Assembly (NCBI GenBank): GCA_973895155.1
Contig: OZ316899.1
Coordinates: forward strand, 14,263,934-14,327,933
Direction: 5' to 3'
Length of the DNA: 64,000 nt
From: Marsupella aquatica
Lineage: Eukaryota; Plantae; Marchantiophyta
Below, one piece after another: positions 38,209 through 50,105 of the stretch. A model generated the notes under the pieces. The model saw only the letters and a program-made list of their open reading frames with translations. It was not told the DNA's origin and did not search any database. A program made the translations under genes and the position numbers. Every line of letters begins with the position of its first letter. The stretch's first letter is position 1.

Positions 38209-39255
38209 GAGTTAGACCATCTGAATCCAGGCCTGATGTGTGGATTAGAATGGTCCTAATCCTAGATTGTTGTTTGGATTCGGATGATCCGAATCCAATC
38301 CATTTTCTAGGATTGGGACCATCTGATCAGAATCCAATCTTGGTTTGGATTCGGACCATCCGAATCCAAGAGGGTGTGTTGGATTCAGATGACCCTAATC
38401 CAAGAGGGTGTGTTGGATTCGGATGGTCCTAATCCAAGAGGGTGTGTTGGATTTGGACCATCCAAATCCAAGAGGGTGTGTTGGATTCGGATGGTCCTAA
38501 TCTAAGAGGGTGTGTTGGATTTGGACCATCCGAATCCAAGAGGGTGTGTTGGATTTGGACCATCCGAATCCAAGAGGGTGTGTTGGATTCGGATGGTCCG
38601 AATCCAAGCGTGCAATGCTTAAATTGTGACCTTTGGGATCCAATCTCGGTTTGGATTCGGACCATCCCAATCCAAGCGCGATGGTTTAATTGGGGCGTTT
38701 GAAATACAATCTGGTTTTGGATTAGGACCATCCGAATCCAAGCCCGATGCTTAAATTGGGACCTTTGAAATACAATCTGGGTTTGGATTCGAACCATCCC
38801 AATCCAAGCCGGTTTGTTGAATTGCGACCTTCGGGATCCAATCTGTGTTTGGATTCGGACCATCCGAATCCAAGATGGTGGGTTGGATTTGGACCTTTGA
38901 AATACAATCTGGTTTTGGATTCGGACCATCCGAATCCAAGCCCGATGCTTAAATTGGGACCTTTGAAATACAATCTGGGTTTGGATTCGGACCATCCGAA
39001 TCCAAGCCCGATGCTTAAATTGGGACCTTTGAAATGCAATCTGGGTTTGGATTTGGACCATCCAAATCCAAGCGCATTTGTTGAATTGGGACCTTTGGGA
39101 TCCAATATGGGTTTGGATTCGGACCATCCAAATCCAAGAGGGTGTGTTGGATAGAGGTTGGTTTGGATTTGGACCATCCCAATTCAAGCGCGATGCTTAA
39201 ATTGGACCTTCGGAATACAATCTTTGTGGTTTTGATTTGGACCACCCCAATCCAA
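38209..39255. repeat. Second array of the same palindrome, about 22 units
   Basis: About 34-bp period (spacer GAGGGTGTG) up to 38607, then mostly 66-bp period. Confidence 0.95.
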
Positions 39256-39394
39256 GCGTGATAGTTGAGCCAACGTTTGGATTCACGGAATGGCAATCAA
39301 ATGACCGTATGGATAATTGTGAGTCTCTTCAAATTCTTGTCATTCGGATTTGTGATAGTTTTTCTGAAAATTGTGCAGGTTACTAAATCTGAGA

Positions 39395-42300
39395 ATGACT
39401 GGAAGGTTTTCAAGAGGTGATGATGTGACCTTGACAATTGATGGATATGATGTCGGTTGTGGGACAATTCAGAAAATTAACCCCCAGGATAGGGTGCACA
39501 ACGTATTGTTGGGAGATAATCAAATTGGTGTGCTCGTGGAGAAGGTTTTCGAGCCAACTCAAAAACTACCATTTCCATTGCCAAGGGTAGAAAATCTTTT
39601 CGATGCCATTGACTCATGTGTTATTTGGGAGATCTCGTGCACGTATCTCTCTATAACTCCAGATTCCCAAAAACGCATCAGTACTGGTAGTTGTTCAACT
39701 CGACCAGATAATAACTTGGATAAATCTCCTACAATTGTTATGGAGGATGCATCAAACACTCTAAGGCAAGGGGACGAGGTTGAAATGCTCATGGATGGGT
39801 GTTGTGTAGCCCTTGGAGTTATTTTCAAGGTAAATCCAAAGGACCGATGTCACAACATATTACTTGGTGAGTCTCGGATCAGTGTGAAAATCACTGATGT
39901 TATTCATGGTAGTAAGGCTTTACCTTACATACACAATGGGGCTGAAACAATTGAAGAGGCAAAAGACTCATGGGTTCTCTGGGACTTGGCCGATGTTCAT
40001 AAAAAAATTTGGAATGTTGATGAAGGTAGAAAGTCTTCCTCTAAGAAGCAAGGTGATGGCGACGTTTTAATTGAGGAGAGTTTTGTCTCACATTCTCCAT
40101 CAACAAAATTGACCAAAACTCATTCTGATTATTACCAACGGTCCAACTGGATGTCAGAGTTGGTCGAATTATACATTGGTTCAGGACGATCGAGTAAGGT
40201 TGCCATTGGGACTATCACTGTGCCTCAAGCAACGACGGCTGTTGATGATGAAATCCTAGGAGAAAACTATGTAGGGGTTGTTGTGAAAGATGTCATGGAA
40301 TCGCAATACTTTCCAAGCATTCACAAGGGAGTAATTAGTTTGGTTCGATGGTTTGATGGCGAATTGATCACACAAAACTAGTAGCAACTGGAAAATTTTT
40401 GCCAGACATTCTGGTGGAAGGTACAAAGAATATGGAGTCAATGGATAGGGATGATCTGAATCCGGATCATGTGGTTGGATCCGCATCCGGATGTTGTCAA
40501 AGGCCATATAACTTCAACAAGAGGAATCAAGTTGATCCTATTGAGAAGAAAAGGAGGCTCTTGCAAACCAAGGCAGTTTCAAAAACAACAGAGCCGCAAT
40601 TGATGAGATCAAAAGAGTAAATTGCTGCAAGCATAAATGTTGTCTCATTATGCCAAGGGAAGATATAGAAGATGTTAGGATGGAATTTCACAGGATGTCT
40701 AGCGAGTCCAAAACATCACACATTTTCAACCTCTTCCACTACAGAGAGGATGATGTTCGTGATAAGGGACACCATGTTCTCAAAGGTATGGTTATCTGTA
40801 AAGATGCATTTGCAACCATCCATGGTTTTAGTCACACCAAGTATTATGATTACAAGAGAAGATACATGGAGGGTTGCAAAATTGAGTTCCATGGGAATAC
40901 AGGCTTGAAGAAAACAAGGTCAAATACCTTGCATGCGCGAGCTCTTCTAGAGGCATTTTTGACTCAAAATGTAGAGCCAATGCCTCATATGCCTTATGGA
41001 GGGGCTCATGGGACAGACAGCATTGAGTATCGACTTCCAGCGTGTTACAAAAAGTTAGAGATTTTGGAAGATGTGAGAACAAAGATGAAGGAAGAAGGGC
41101 TTCCTCCTGTTACGGATAACACTCTCTACAAGATATGGAGCACATCATTTGCAAACTTCAGTTTTCACAAGGATGGCGCATTTGCCAAGTGTATGCTTTG
41201 TTGTGAATACAAAGACAGTTTGATGCGAGAGAGAAGGAAAAAAGAACGTGCTGAAATTGAAGAAAAAAGAGCTCAACATCTTCGTGAGCAAATGTCACGT
41301 AGATATGTTTACTACGCTCATCGAGTGATGGCCAAGCAACATCCAGGAGAATATCTTTGCATTATTCACGACAAGATGGATCAAGCAAAGACATGGATTC
41401 CAAAAATGGTTAGTACTCCTAAATCACTTTCGGGTCATGGAATGCCGCTACCTATTGCTCTCACGGGGATGTTGACCCACGGGAGAGATCCAGGAGTTAT
41501 GCACACTTTAGTGTCACTGGCCTTTGGCCAGGAGATGTAGATTTCACGGTGACATCCTTGGCTAAGTGTCTTTGAGATCTTGAAGAGTACAATGGAGACA
41601 AGACAGGTGACATGCTTGATGGCTTGCATTGGGAACCTCATAGACCTTTCTATCAAGCCTTACTTGACTTTGATGCATTTTTGTCGGGATATTTGGAACC
41701 AAAGAATATTCAAGTAAATAGGTATATTGGTTCTGAAGATGGAGCTGCCGACAGTCAGACTGAGACCATCCCAACCCGACAGGATGAGGATGATGGAGGG
41801 GACGTGGGTGGCGAGAAGGGCAGTCCGTTGTTCATGCCCTTGCCAAGGCACCTAACATTGCAAATGGATAATTCAGCAAAGGACAACAAAAACCAAACGG
41901 TCATGGCATTTTGCTCGGAGCTTGTGAGTAGAGGAGTATTTGAAACTGTTCAAATGTCCTTTCTAATGGTTGGTCATACGCACGAAGATGTTGATGCACT
42001 GTTTTCCAAGGTATCATATCAAGTTCAGCACAAGGAAGTTGCAACCCTTCTTGCACTAATGGCAGAGGTTTGGGAATGTGAGAGCATTCATCCAGTTCCA
42101 AGATTGATACAAGAAGTTGCATCTTACAAAGATTATCTTCAAAGTTTTAAGGTCAAAGATATTCAAGGTCACTCAAAACCGGTATGATTTCTTTTCTCTA
42201 TGAGAGATAATGTACCAATATTTCAGTATAAGTCCCATGTTAAGCAAGCTTGGGCTCCCGTTGGCGGAAGGTGCATTTGGGCAACTGATCCAATAACAAA

Positions 42301-43170
42301 TTCTCTTCTTTTACCCAGTGGACAACCCTTAGCTAAATCCATAGGAGAGATACACAAAAAATCAGAAGAGATAATCCCATTCCTTAACAAGTACCTTGAT
42401 TTTTTGAGAAGGAGTTGCATTGATGAGACGTCAATAGCATACAAGGAAAGATTTCCTCTTGTTAAATATTGGGAAAGAATTGTGGAGCTGTTGTCAAATG
42501 GGCTTGCAATGGAAGGGGAGGGAAATAATCAATTTCCATTGAAAAATGGATTTTGGCACGGTTACAAGGTCAACCAATCGGCATGCGAACAGAGTGGTCC
42601 TCTAAGTGAAGATGAGGAGAATGCAGAGATGACAGCTCTTCAAAATGAAGTCTTGGAAGAGATGGAAGATCAAGTGGCACCATTTGTTGGATCTCGAGCT
42701 GAGAGAGAACAAGGACGGTGGATTCCCCTCCAGGATATTTGTGAAGGAAACTTTGTGTTTCTTCGACCCGAGGATGATTGGGAGAAGAAAAATGGTGGAG
42801 GTCATTTCTGGTTGGTGAGAGCTTTGGGTCAGGTGGACCCTAAGCATGAAGTCCCAATTCTTCAAGAGACCCTCCTTTGACTCAACAATATGCTCCAATG
42901 TTCCCCGTGGAATGGTGGAGGCCTAAACACTCTAAACTTGATGTGAGTGAGAGTGCTAGGTATCTCAATTGTTTCATGTCCACCAAGACATGGGAACGAG
43001 ATCCAGGATTTGGTGAGAACACTCAACATTGGCAGTATGCAAATTCTGCAATGTATGGTTTTAAATCTGGAATGAAGGAAGAAAACATGGTTGGCAGAGG
43101 TTTGAAGATTCCTCGAAATGTTCTACAAACTGTCCAAAGTTATCTCCAAAGGATGGACAAGTACACTTAG
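39395..43170 (+). pseudogene. Sola-like DDD transposase with N-terminal repeated Tnp1/EnSpm-type domains
   Basis: FAKCMLC..HLREQ, IIHDKMDQ, LQMDNSAKDNKN, FLMVGHTHEDVDALFS across ORFs 40650-41540 and 41612-42187. Continues through 42200-42880 and 42877-43170. Broken by stops and frameshifts. Confidence 0.8.
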
Positions 43171-43390
43171 TTGTCACTAGCTAAGGTATAATGAGATAGT
43201 TACTAGTTTTTATGTAAGAGTTATATATATTGTGAGACCATGCCATTGAGTGTTTAGTTACTTAGTAGACTATCTACTCATTTTCTAAACTTTTGATTAT
43301 TATGAATATGAATGTTTATTTTTTTTGCATAATTAAAAATATTTTTTATTAATTTCTTTATTTTAAATGATTACAATAAAAGTTTTCAGG

Positions 43391-43650
43391 AAAATGTACA
43401 CTTTTTAGGCCAAATGTACTCTTTGTTGCACTCAAAGCTACACTTTCTAGACTAAATGCACTGAAATGTACACTTTTTAAGCCAAATGTATCCATTTTTC
43501 ACTCAAATGTACACTTTCTAGGCCAAATGTACTAAAATGTACACTTTTAAGCCAAATGTACATATTTTGATGCTCAAATATACACTTTTCATTGGCCAAA
43601 TGTACACTTTTCCAAGCCCAAAAGTACACTTTTCATTGCCCAAATGTACA
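43391..43650. repeat. Subterminal AAATGTACACTTT repeats of the TIR element
   Basis: About 12 degenerate quasi-palindromic copies; 2 more at 11736-11770. Confidence 0.9.
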
Positions 43651-43706
43651 TAAATCAAATAATAATACACTTTTAATGAATAGGCTGATAGAGGCGATTC
43701 TTGAAG

Positions 43707-46700
43707 TCCCCGCAAAGTTCTTTAGGCTGAGGGGCAGCCAGAGACTGACTCCAGCAGAGTTCAACAAGATTCCGGGATACTTCGACCAGCAGATTGCAGC
43801 CGAGAAACGTGAAGAAGACATCAGCAAACAACGGGAAGCGGCGCGTAACCTTATGTTCCTCGAGGAAAGTTCCAACGCCTTCAACTGGGATATGGCTGCC
43901 TCGACACCACCCCCAGCCCCTCAGCCGATGACCACCGACGTACCACCAAACCGGTCCCAAGTCCGTCCAGTGAACAACACCGAGTGTTCCTCGGGTTCTG
44001 AGCGCGTTAGTCCGCAGCTTGAGCAGAGTTCTCGGAAGCAGGTAAGAACGACGCCGGCCCCCGAACCAACAACGCAAACCAACGCCACCCCTGCACCTGC
44101 CCCGACGAACCCCCAACCAACCAGACCCGACGGCCTGTGGATAATCCAAAGTCTAACTTATTACAGATAATCCGCGTCCCCGAGGTAGTATGGATCGCGA
44201 TCAAAAAACTTGACCACGCAGAGTATCTCAAGGAGCATCAGTTGGCGCAGTTCGCTCACTTGCTATAGAGACCCTGTGCAGCCGGGCCGAAGGAGATTTG
44301 TGAGTTCATCTCCAATTTTGACACTAACGCATCGACCACCAAGGTTTCAAGGCAGACCTTATCACTCACGGAGCATCGGCTAGCACAGATCTTCTGCCTG
44401 CCAACCGGGCCAGTGTCGGTTGAACTCCAAATTTGGGATAAGGAGTATACACCTCGGCACTTCAAACCCGAGGGTAAGACAGAGAACAGATACAAGCAGG
44501 GGTCGTGCACCAACTTAATCTGTATGGAGCGGCTTAACTTCATACGAACTACCCTACACATGATTGAGCCACAATCTGAGATTTCACTCTGCATGATCGT
44601 ACAGGTGGAACAGTTCAAGCGGCGGAACTGGGCCCAATTCTTTTACCGTAGGTTCTCGGGGGAGCTTAAGTGAGCTCAGGGAGGTATGGCTATCGGGGGG
44701 AAGACTTACCTGGGAAGTCATATCGCCATCATCCTCGCCTGGTACAAGGCACGGCGGGAGGCCTGGGGAAAGAATATGGCCACCTCAGCCCCGACTAAGG
44801 TCACCCCCGCTACGGAGGAGGCTACCCCGATCGAGCGGACTACCTTGCCTTGAGAAAACCCCGAGCCAGAGGGCCCGACTAATACTCCGTCCCCTCCCCG
44901 GGTTGAAATTCCTCTGCCCCCTCCTGTCGAGCCTCCGCTACCCCCGGTACAACCACCTCCAATCCCTCCACCACTTGAAGAAACCTTCCTCTCCCCATTG
45001 TAGACTACGGAGGAGGTCGCTGCCCCACCCGAGGAACCACCGGTACCTGAGAGGATGGAGGACTACTAGGTAGCCCCGGGAACCATGGCCTACGACCTGG
45101 TCCAAAAGTTTAGTCAGACTCTGTCCGGGGAGCTGGCAACGTACATCGGACAACAAGTTTTGGCGTACTTTCAACCAGCCTTCTTCATCTTAGAACACCA
45201 ACCACGGATCATAAGCCGCTTGGAGGAAGAGCTCATGGCAAAGTGGAATGAGATCGGGCGCCTCCAAATGTTGGTAGAACACCTCAAGGAGGAGGCCGCT
45301 ACCCGTCGTGAGGAGTTAGTCCGCACCATCGAACAGCGGGACGGACTAACCCAGGAGTTGAGCGGGGCGCAAGCGGATCTCAAGAAATTGGACAACACCA
45401 TGCTTCAGTTGCACTCAGAATCCTCGGCTCAGGTTACTAGCCTGACCGACCTCAACAACCAATTCCTGCAGGCAGCTCAGCAGGTGGCTAGTCTATCCGC
45501 CGAATGGGATAAATTGCTGGCGCAGGACCAGACCCATTGTGACTCCATTAACCAGCTCAATCTAGACTAGCGCAGATCCAAGTAGAGGCCGATGAGGCGG
45601 CAAACGAGGCAGAGGAGGCGGTCCGGGATAACAAGGCCTTGCAAGACCGCGTTACTCTGCTAGTCCTCCAGCGGGCCAGACCTGGGCCCACCTTTGATCA
45701 AGGCGGCTTGAGGTCTTGCCCCGACAGGGGGACAAACCCTGGTCCAACCATAGCACGCACGTAAGGGGTGGTTAGCGAAGGGTGGGAGCGGGCGCCGCGC
45801 GAGGCAGTTGAGTCAACGACATCTTTTTGATTAGGCTTAACGACAGAATAGCTATCATTAGGCGCCGAGTAGCGGCGCAGTAGGAAGAATTAGGATAGGA
45901 TCAGTTAGGATTAGCCAACGTAGGATAGAGTCCATCAACGGACTAGATTTTGGTCAGAAGATTTAGCTGCTGCCGTCCCGATCAGCACCCTTGCCGTCAA
46001 CGGTCAGCCGGTCGAGGAGTGCGGCCGGCTAGCCAGAAGGTAGTTAGTCAGTAGGCATTACCCCGGAAGGCAGTATCTTCCGATTCCTTTCTGCAACCAT
46101 GGTATTTAGGCTTCCCCTCCCTCTGTGGGGAGGGGGAGAAGGCTTAGTTATCTCAGTGCAAGGAAAGGCGAGGCACGGGGAGTCCCGGCCTGAGCAGGGT
46201 CAGAGTGCACTAAGGAGTGAGAGCCAGAGTTGAGCTTGGCTGCTAGGCCCGTGGGGATCAAATCCCGCAAAGTTCTTTAGGCTGAGGGGCAGCCAGAGAC
46301 TGACTCCAGCGGAGTTTGACCAGATTCCAGGATACATCGACCAGCAGATTGCAGCCGAGAAACGTGAAGAAGACAACAACAGACAACGGGAAGCGGCGCG
46401 TAACCTTACGTTCCTCAGGGAAAGCTCCAACGCCTTCAACTGGGATATGGCTACCCCGACACCACCCCCAACCCCTCAGCCGATGACCACCGGCGTACCA
46501 CCAAACCGGTCCCAAGTCTGTCCAGTGAACAACACCGAGTGTTCCTCGGGTTCCGAGCGCGTTAGTCCGCAGCTTGAGCTGCGTTCTCAGAAGCGGGCAA
46601 GAACGACGCCAGCCCCCGAACCAACAACGCAAACCAACGCCACCCCTGCACCTGCCCCGGCGAACCCCCCAACCAACCAGACCCGACAGCCCGCCGATAA

Positions 46701-48424
46701 TCCAAAGTCTAACTTATTACAGGTAATCCGCGTCCCCGAGGTAGTATGGGTCGCGATCAACAAACTCAACCATGCGGACTATCTCAAGGAGCATCAGTTG
46801 GCGTAGTTCGCTCACTTGCTATGGAGACCATGCGCAGCCGGGCATAATGAGATTTGTGAGTTCATCTCCAATTTTGACACTGACGCATCAACCACCAAGG
46901 TTTCAGGGAGACCTTATCACTCACGGAGCATCGGCTAGCACAGATCTTCTGCCTGCCAACCGGGCCAGTGTTGGTTGAACTCCAAATTTGGGATAAGGAG
47001 TATACACCTCGGCACTTCAAACCCAAGGGTAAGACAGAGAACGGATACAAGCAGGGGTCGTGCACCAACTTAATCTGTATGGAGCGGCTTAACTTCATAC
47101 GAACTACCCTACACATGATTGAGCCACGATCTGAGATTTCACTCTGCACGATCGTATAGGTGGAACAGTTCAAGCAGCGGAACTGGGCCCAATTCTTTTA
47201 CCGTAAGTTCTCGGGGGAGCTTAAGCGAGCTCAGGGAGGTATGGCTATCAGGGGGAAGACTTACCTGGGAAGTCATATTGCCATCATCCTCGCCTGGTAC
47301 AAGGCACGGCGGGAGGCCTGGGGAAAGAATATGGCCACCTCAGCCCCGACTAAGGTCACCCCCGCTATGGAGGAGGCTACCCCGAGCAAGCGGACTACCT
47401 CGCCTCAAGCAAACCCCTAAACCCTAAACTAATACTCCGTCACCTCCCCGGGTTGAAATTCCTCTGCCCCCTCCCGTCGAGCCTTCGCTACCCCTAGTAC
47501 AACCACCTCCAATCCCTCCACCACTTGAAGAACCCTTCCCCTCCCCATTGCAGACTACGGAGGAGCTCGCTGCCCCGCCCAAGGAACCGCCGGTACGTGA
47601 GAGGACGGAGGACTACCAGGTAGCCCCGGGAACCATGGCCTACGACCTGGTCCAAAAGTTTAGTCAGACTCTGTTCGGGGAGCTGGTGACATACATTGGA
47701 CAACAAGTTTTGGCGTACTTTCAACCAGCCTTCTTCATGTTAGAACACCAACCACGGATCATAAGCCGCTTGGAGGAAGATCTCATGGCAAAGGGGAACA
47801 AGATCGGGCGCCTCCAAATGTTGGTAGAACACCTCGAGGAGGAGGCCGCTACCCGTCGTGAGGAGTTAGTCCGCATCGTCGAACAGCGGGACGGACTCAC
47901 CTAGGAGTTGAGCGGGGCGCAAGCGGATCTCAAGAAACTGGATGACACCGTGCTTCAGTTGCGAAGGGTGGGAGCAGGCACCGCGCGAGGTAGTTGAGTC
48001 AGCGGCATCTTTTTGATTAGGCTTAACGACATAATAGCTATCATTAGGCGCCGAGTAGCGGCGCAGTAGGAAGAATTAGGATAGGATCAGTTAGGATTAG
48101 CCAACGTAGGATAGAGTCCATCAACGGACTAGATTTTGGTCAAAAGATTTAGCTGCTGCCGTCCCGATCAGCACCCTTGCCATCAACGGTCAGCCGGTTG
48201 AGGAGTGCGGCCGGCTAGCCAGAAAGGTAGTTAGTCAGTAGGCATTACCCCGGAAGGTAGTATCTTCCGGTTCCTTTCTGCAACCATGGTATTTAGACTT
48301 CCCCTCCCTCTGTGGGGAGGGGGAGAAGGCTTAGTTATCTCAGTGCAAGGAAAGGCAAGGCACGGGGAGTCCTGGCCTGAGCAGGGTCAGAGTGCACTAA
48401 GGAGTGAGAGCCAGAGTTGAGCTT
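43707..48424 (+). repeat. Diverged tandem duplication inside the solo-LTR-like element (43707-46237 vs 46263-48424)
   Basis: Collinear, with many transitions. Copy 2 lacks about 365 bp (45411-45775). Both copies carry the broken accessory ORF (MAYDLVQKFSQTL..). Confidence 0.93.
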
Positions 48425-48939
48425 GCTAGGCAAGTGCGAGGCGGGGCCTTGTAGAGACTGGTCATCGACTGCCGTTGGGCCTGCTGACCCCCTTAGAAGT
48501 CGAGTCAACTATGTAACCTGATTCTTCGTTGAGTAAATGTAGTCTTCTCCCTCTAATGTCTCCGCGAGTAATTGGTGTTGGGGGCATGCTTTGTCTGGGC
48601 AAAGGCGCCATTTCAAGGGACGTACTGGGTGCGGACTAATGGTAGGGACTGCCACCCATTGCATGTCACAAGGTTTTGTCGTGTCGATGGCTTGAAAGCC
48701 CCAAGCCGGGAGTTAGTCCGAGTCACTAACTGTGGGAATATTCCAGCGGTGGAAAACAAATATACCTATGACCAGTACGAGTTGCGTAAATATTATACCG
48801 ATAAGTATATTGATTTATCCCGACTTAGGGCTAATCGTGGCCACTACACACCTCCTTGCCCAAACCCTCATCCTTACTGGTGGTCGAGGTCGCCCCATAG
48901 AACTAAACTGGATTTAAGGCCCGACTTAGGGGCACGACA

Positions 48940-49867
48940 TGAGGTCAACAAGTGGGTATGTGTTCACACTTGGCGGTGGATGCATAAGTTGGAGGTCTAC
49001 TTTGCAAAAGCGTATTAGGGTTTAGGGTCTACAAAAGCTGAGTATGTTGCAGCAATGGAAGCATCGAAGGAAGCTATTTGGTTAGATAGACTTATCACTG
49101 AGATGGGATTGCCACAAGGGAATGTGAAGCTCCATTGTGATAGTCAAAGTGCTCTTCACCTTGCTGTGAACCAAGTGATGGACAGCAGAGTGAAGCACAT
49201 CGACGTCAGGTACCATTTTATCATGTCGGGTGTGTCTTATAATCAGTTTGAGCTAGTCAAGACTGACGGTAAACTCAACCTTGTTGACGCTTTTACCAAA
49301 GTGATTCCTTTGGAGAGTTTCTCAAGACACCGTGCTACTTTGTAGGTTTTGCAGTTGAAGCACAAGTAGAGCTCCTTAGCAATGTTTTGTGACTTATTGT
49401 ATAATTATGGATTCCTTGATCCTATTAGGCTACGGTTTAATTATATTATAGTTAACCCATGGTCCGTGGTTTTTACGGGGAGACCTATTTAGATGATTGT
49501 CTAGAATTTCCTATTGAGGATACCATATGGTAGCAATTAGTCCAGTCCCCAAGACTAGAGTCAAGGGGGAGTTTGTTGAGTACTGCTTGTGACTCAAGGG
49601 GCTAATTGCATTTAGGCTAATTAACTAAGAATAGGACTTAGCTGAGGTTAGCAGTGATGCATGCTCTATATAACCAGGGCTGATTCCAGCCCCTGGTGGA
49701 TCTTCAGTTCATTGTTGGAGTGGAGCAAGAGAGAAGTAAAGGTGTCTTGCTTTCCCGTGGATGTAGCCTCAATAGTGAGATGAACCACGTACTCGCTGTG
49801 TCGACTACTTTGTATGGTGTTCACATCTGCGTGGTGTCTCGGGATAAGGACCAGATTATCCCCAACA
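48940..49867 (+). mobile_element. Copia A 3' part: RNase H, PPT, 3' LTR
   Basis: RSTSGYVFTLGGGCISWRS, AEYVAAMEASKEAIWL, CDSQSALHL, KHIDVRYHFI. PPT AAGGGGGAG at 49563-49571; LTR TGTTG..CAACA at 49574-49867. Confidence 0.92.
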
Positions 49868-50026
49868 TTGTAGGCGACACAACATGTTTTTTTAACGACA
49901 TCTATTTTCTAAGTACCATCTTGGGCAACACAACATCTTTCTTCTTCACAACATCTTTTGAGCTAGTGTGTTCTTTAAAGTTGACCAGTCAATACAATAT
50001 GTGTACTTCTACAAAACTTTGGAAGT

Positions 50027-50105
50027 AATCCGCCACATCCATTTAAATGGGCCCTATACTTTGTGGCACTCTTGATGTGCCACTTCCACGGAGGTGACCC
50101 CCTCC
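50027..50105 (-). mobile_element. Partial third copy of the MITE (one end)
   Basis: Reverse complement resembles the first 75 bp or so of 5200-5444 (GGGGTCAC..TCC..GGAAGTGGCA..TATAGGGCC..ATTTAAATGG). Confidence 0.7.

Larger units (their letters stand above)
11685..43689 (+). mobile_element. Giant TIR DNA transposon with Sola-like DDD transposase and cargo genes
   Basis: TIRs ATCAGCCTATTTATTAAAAGTGTATT (11685) and AATACACTTTTAATGAATAGGCTGAT (to 43689) match 25/26. Flanked by AGAG/AGAG (alternatively a 2-bp AT TSD with CAG termini). AAATGTACACTTT subterminal repeats at both ends. The host ORF rejoins across the site (..SVAE/AILEVP). Confidence 0.88.
10903..48939 (+). mobile_element. TGT..ACA-bounded solo-LTR-like element with internal ORF; own sequence is 10903-11684 plus 43690-48939
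   Basis: Starts TGTGAC, ends GCACGACA. Perfect 5-bp TSD TGAGG (10898-10902 / 48940-48944). Removing it rejoins the copia A RNase H (GYVD.. / RSTSGYVFTLGGG). No gag/pol or PBS found inside. Confidence 0.85.

Noticed and set aside
37013-39255. CRISPR array
   Set aside because: Spacers are short or mutually repeated, repeat orientation flips, there are no cas genes, and the context is eukaryotic.
36978-39296. Repetitive ORFs (WIRMVRIQ, DSDHPNP) as proteins
   Set aside because: By-products of the palindrome arrays, open on both strands.
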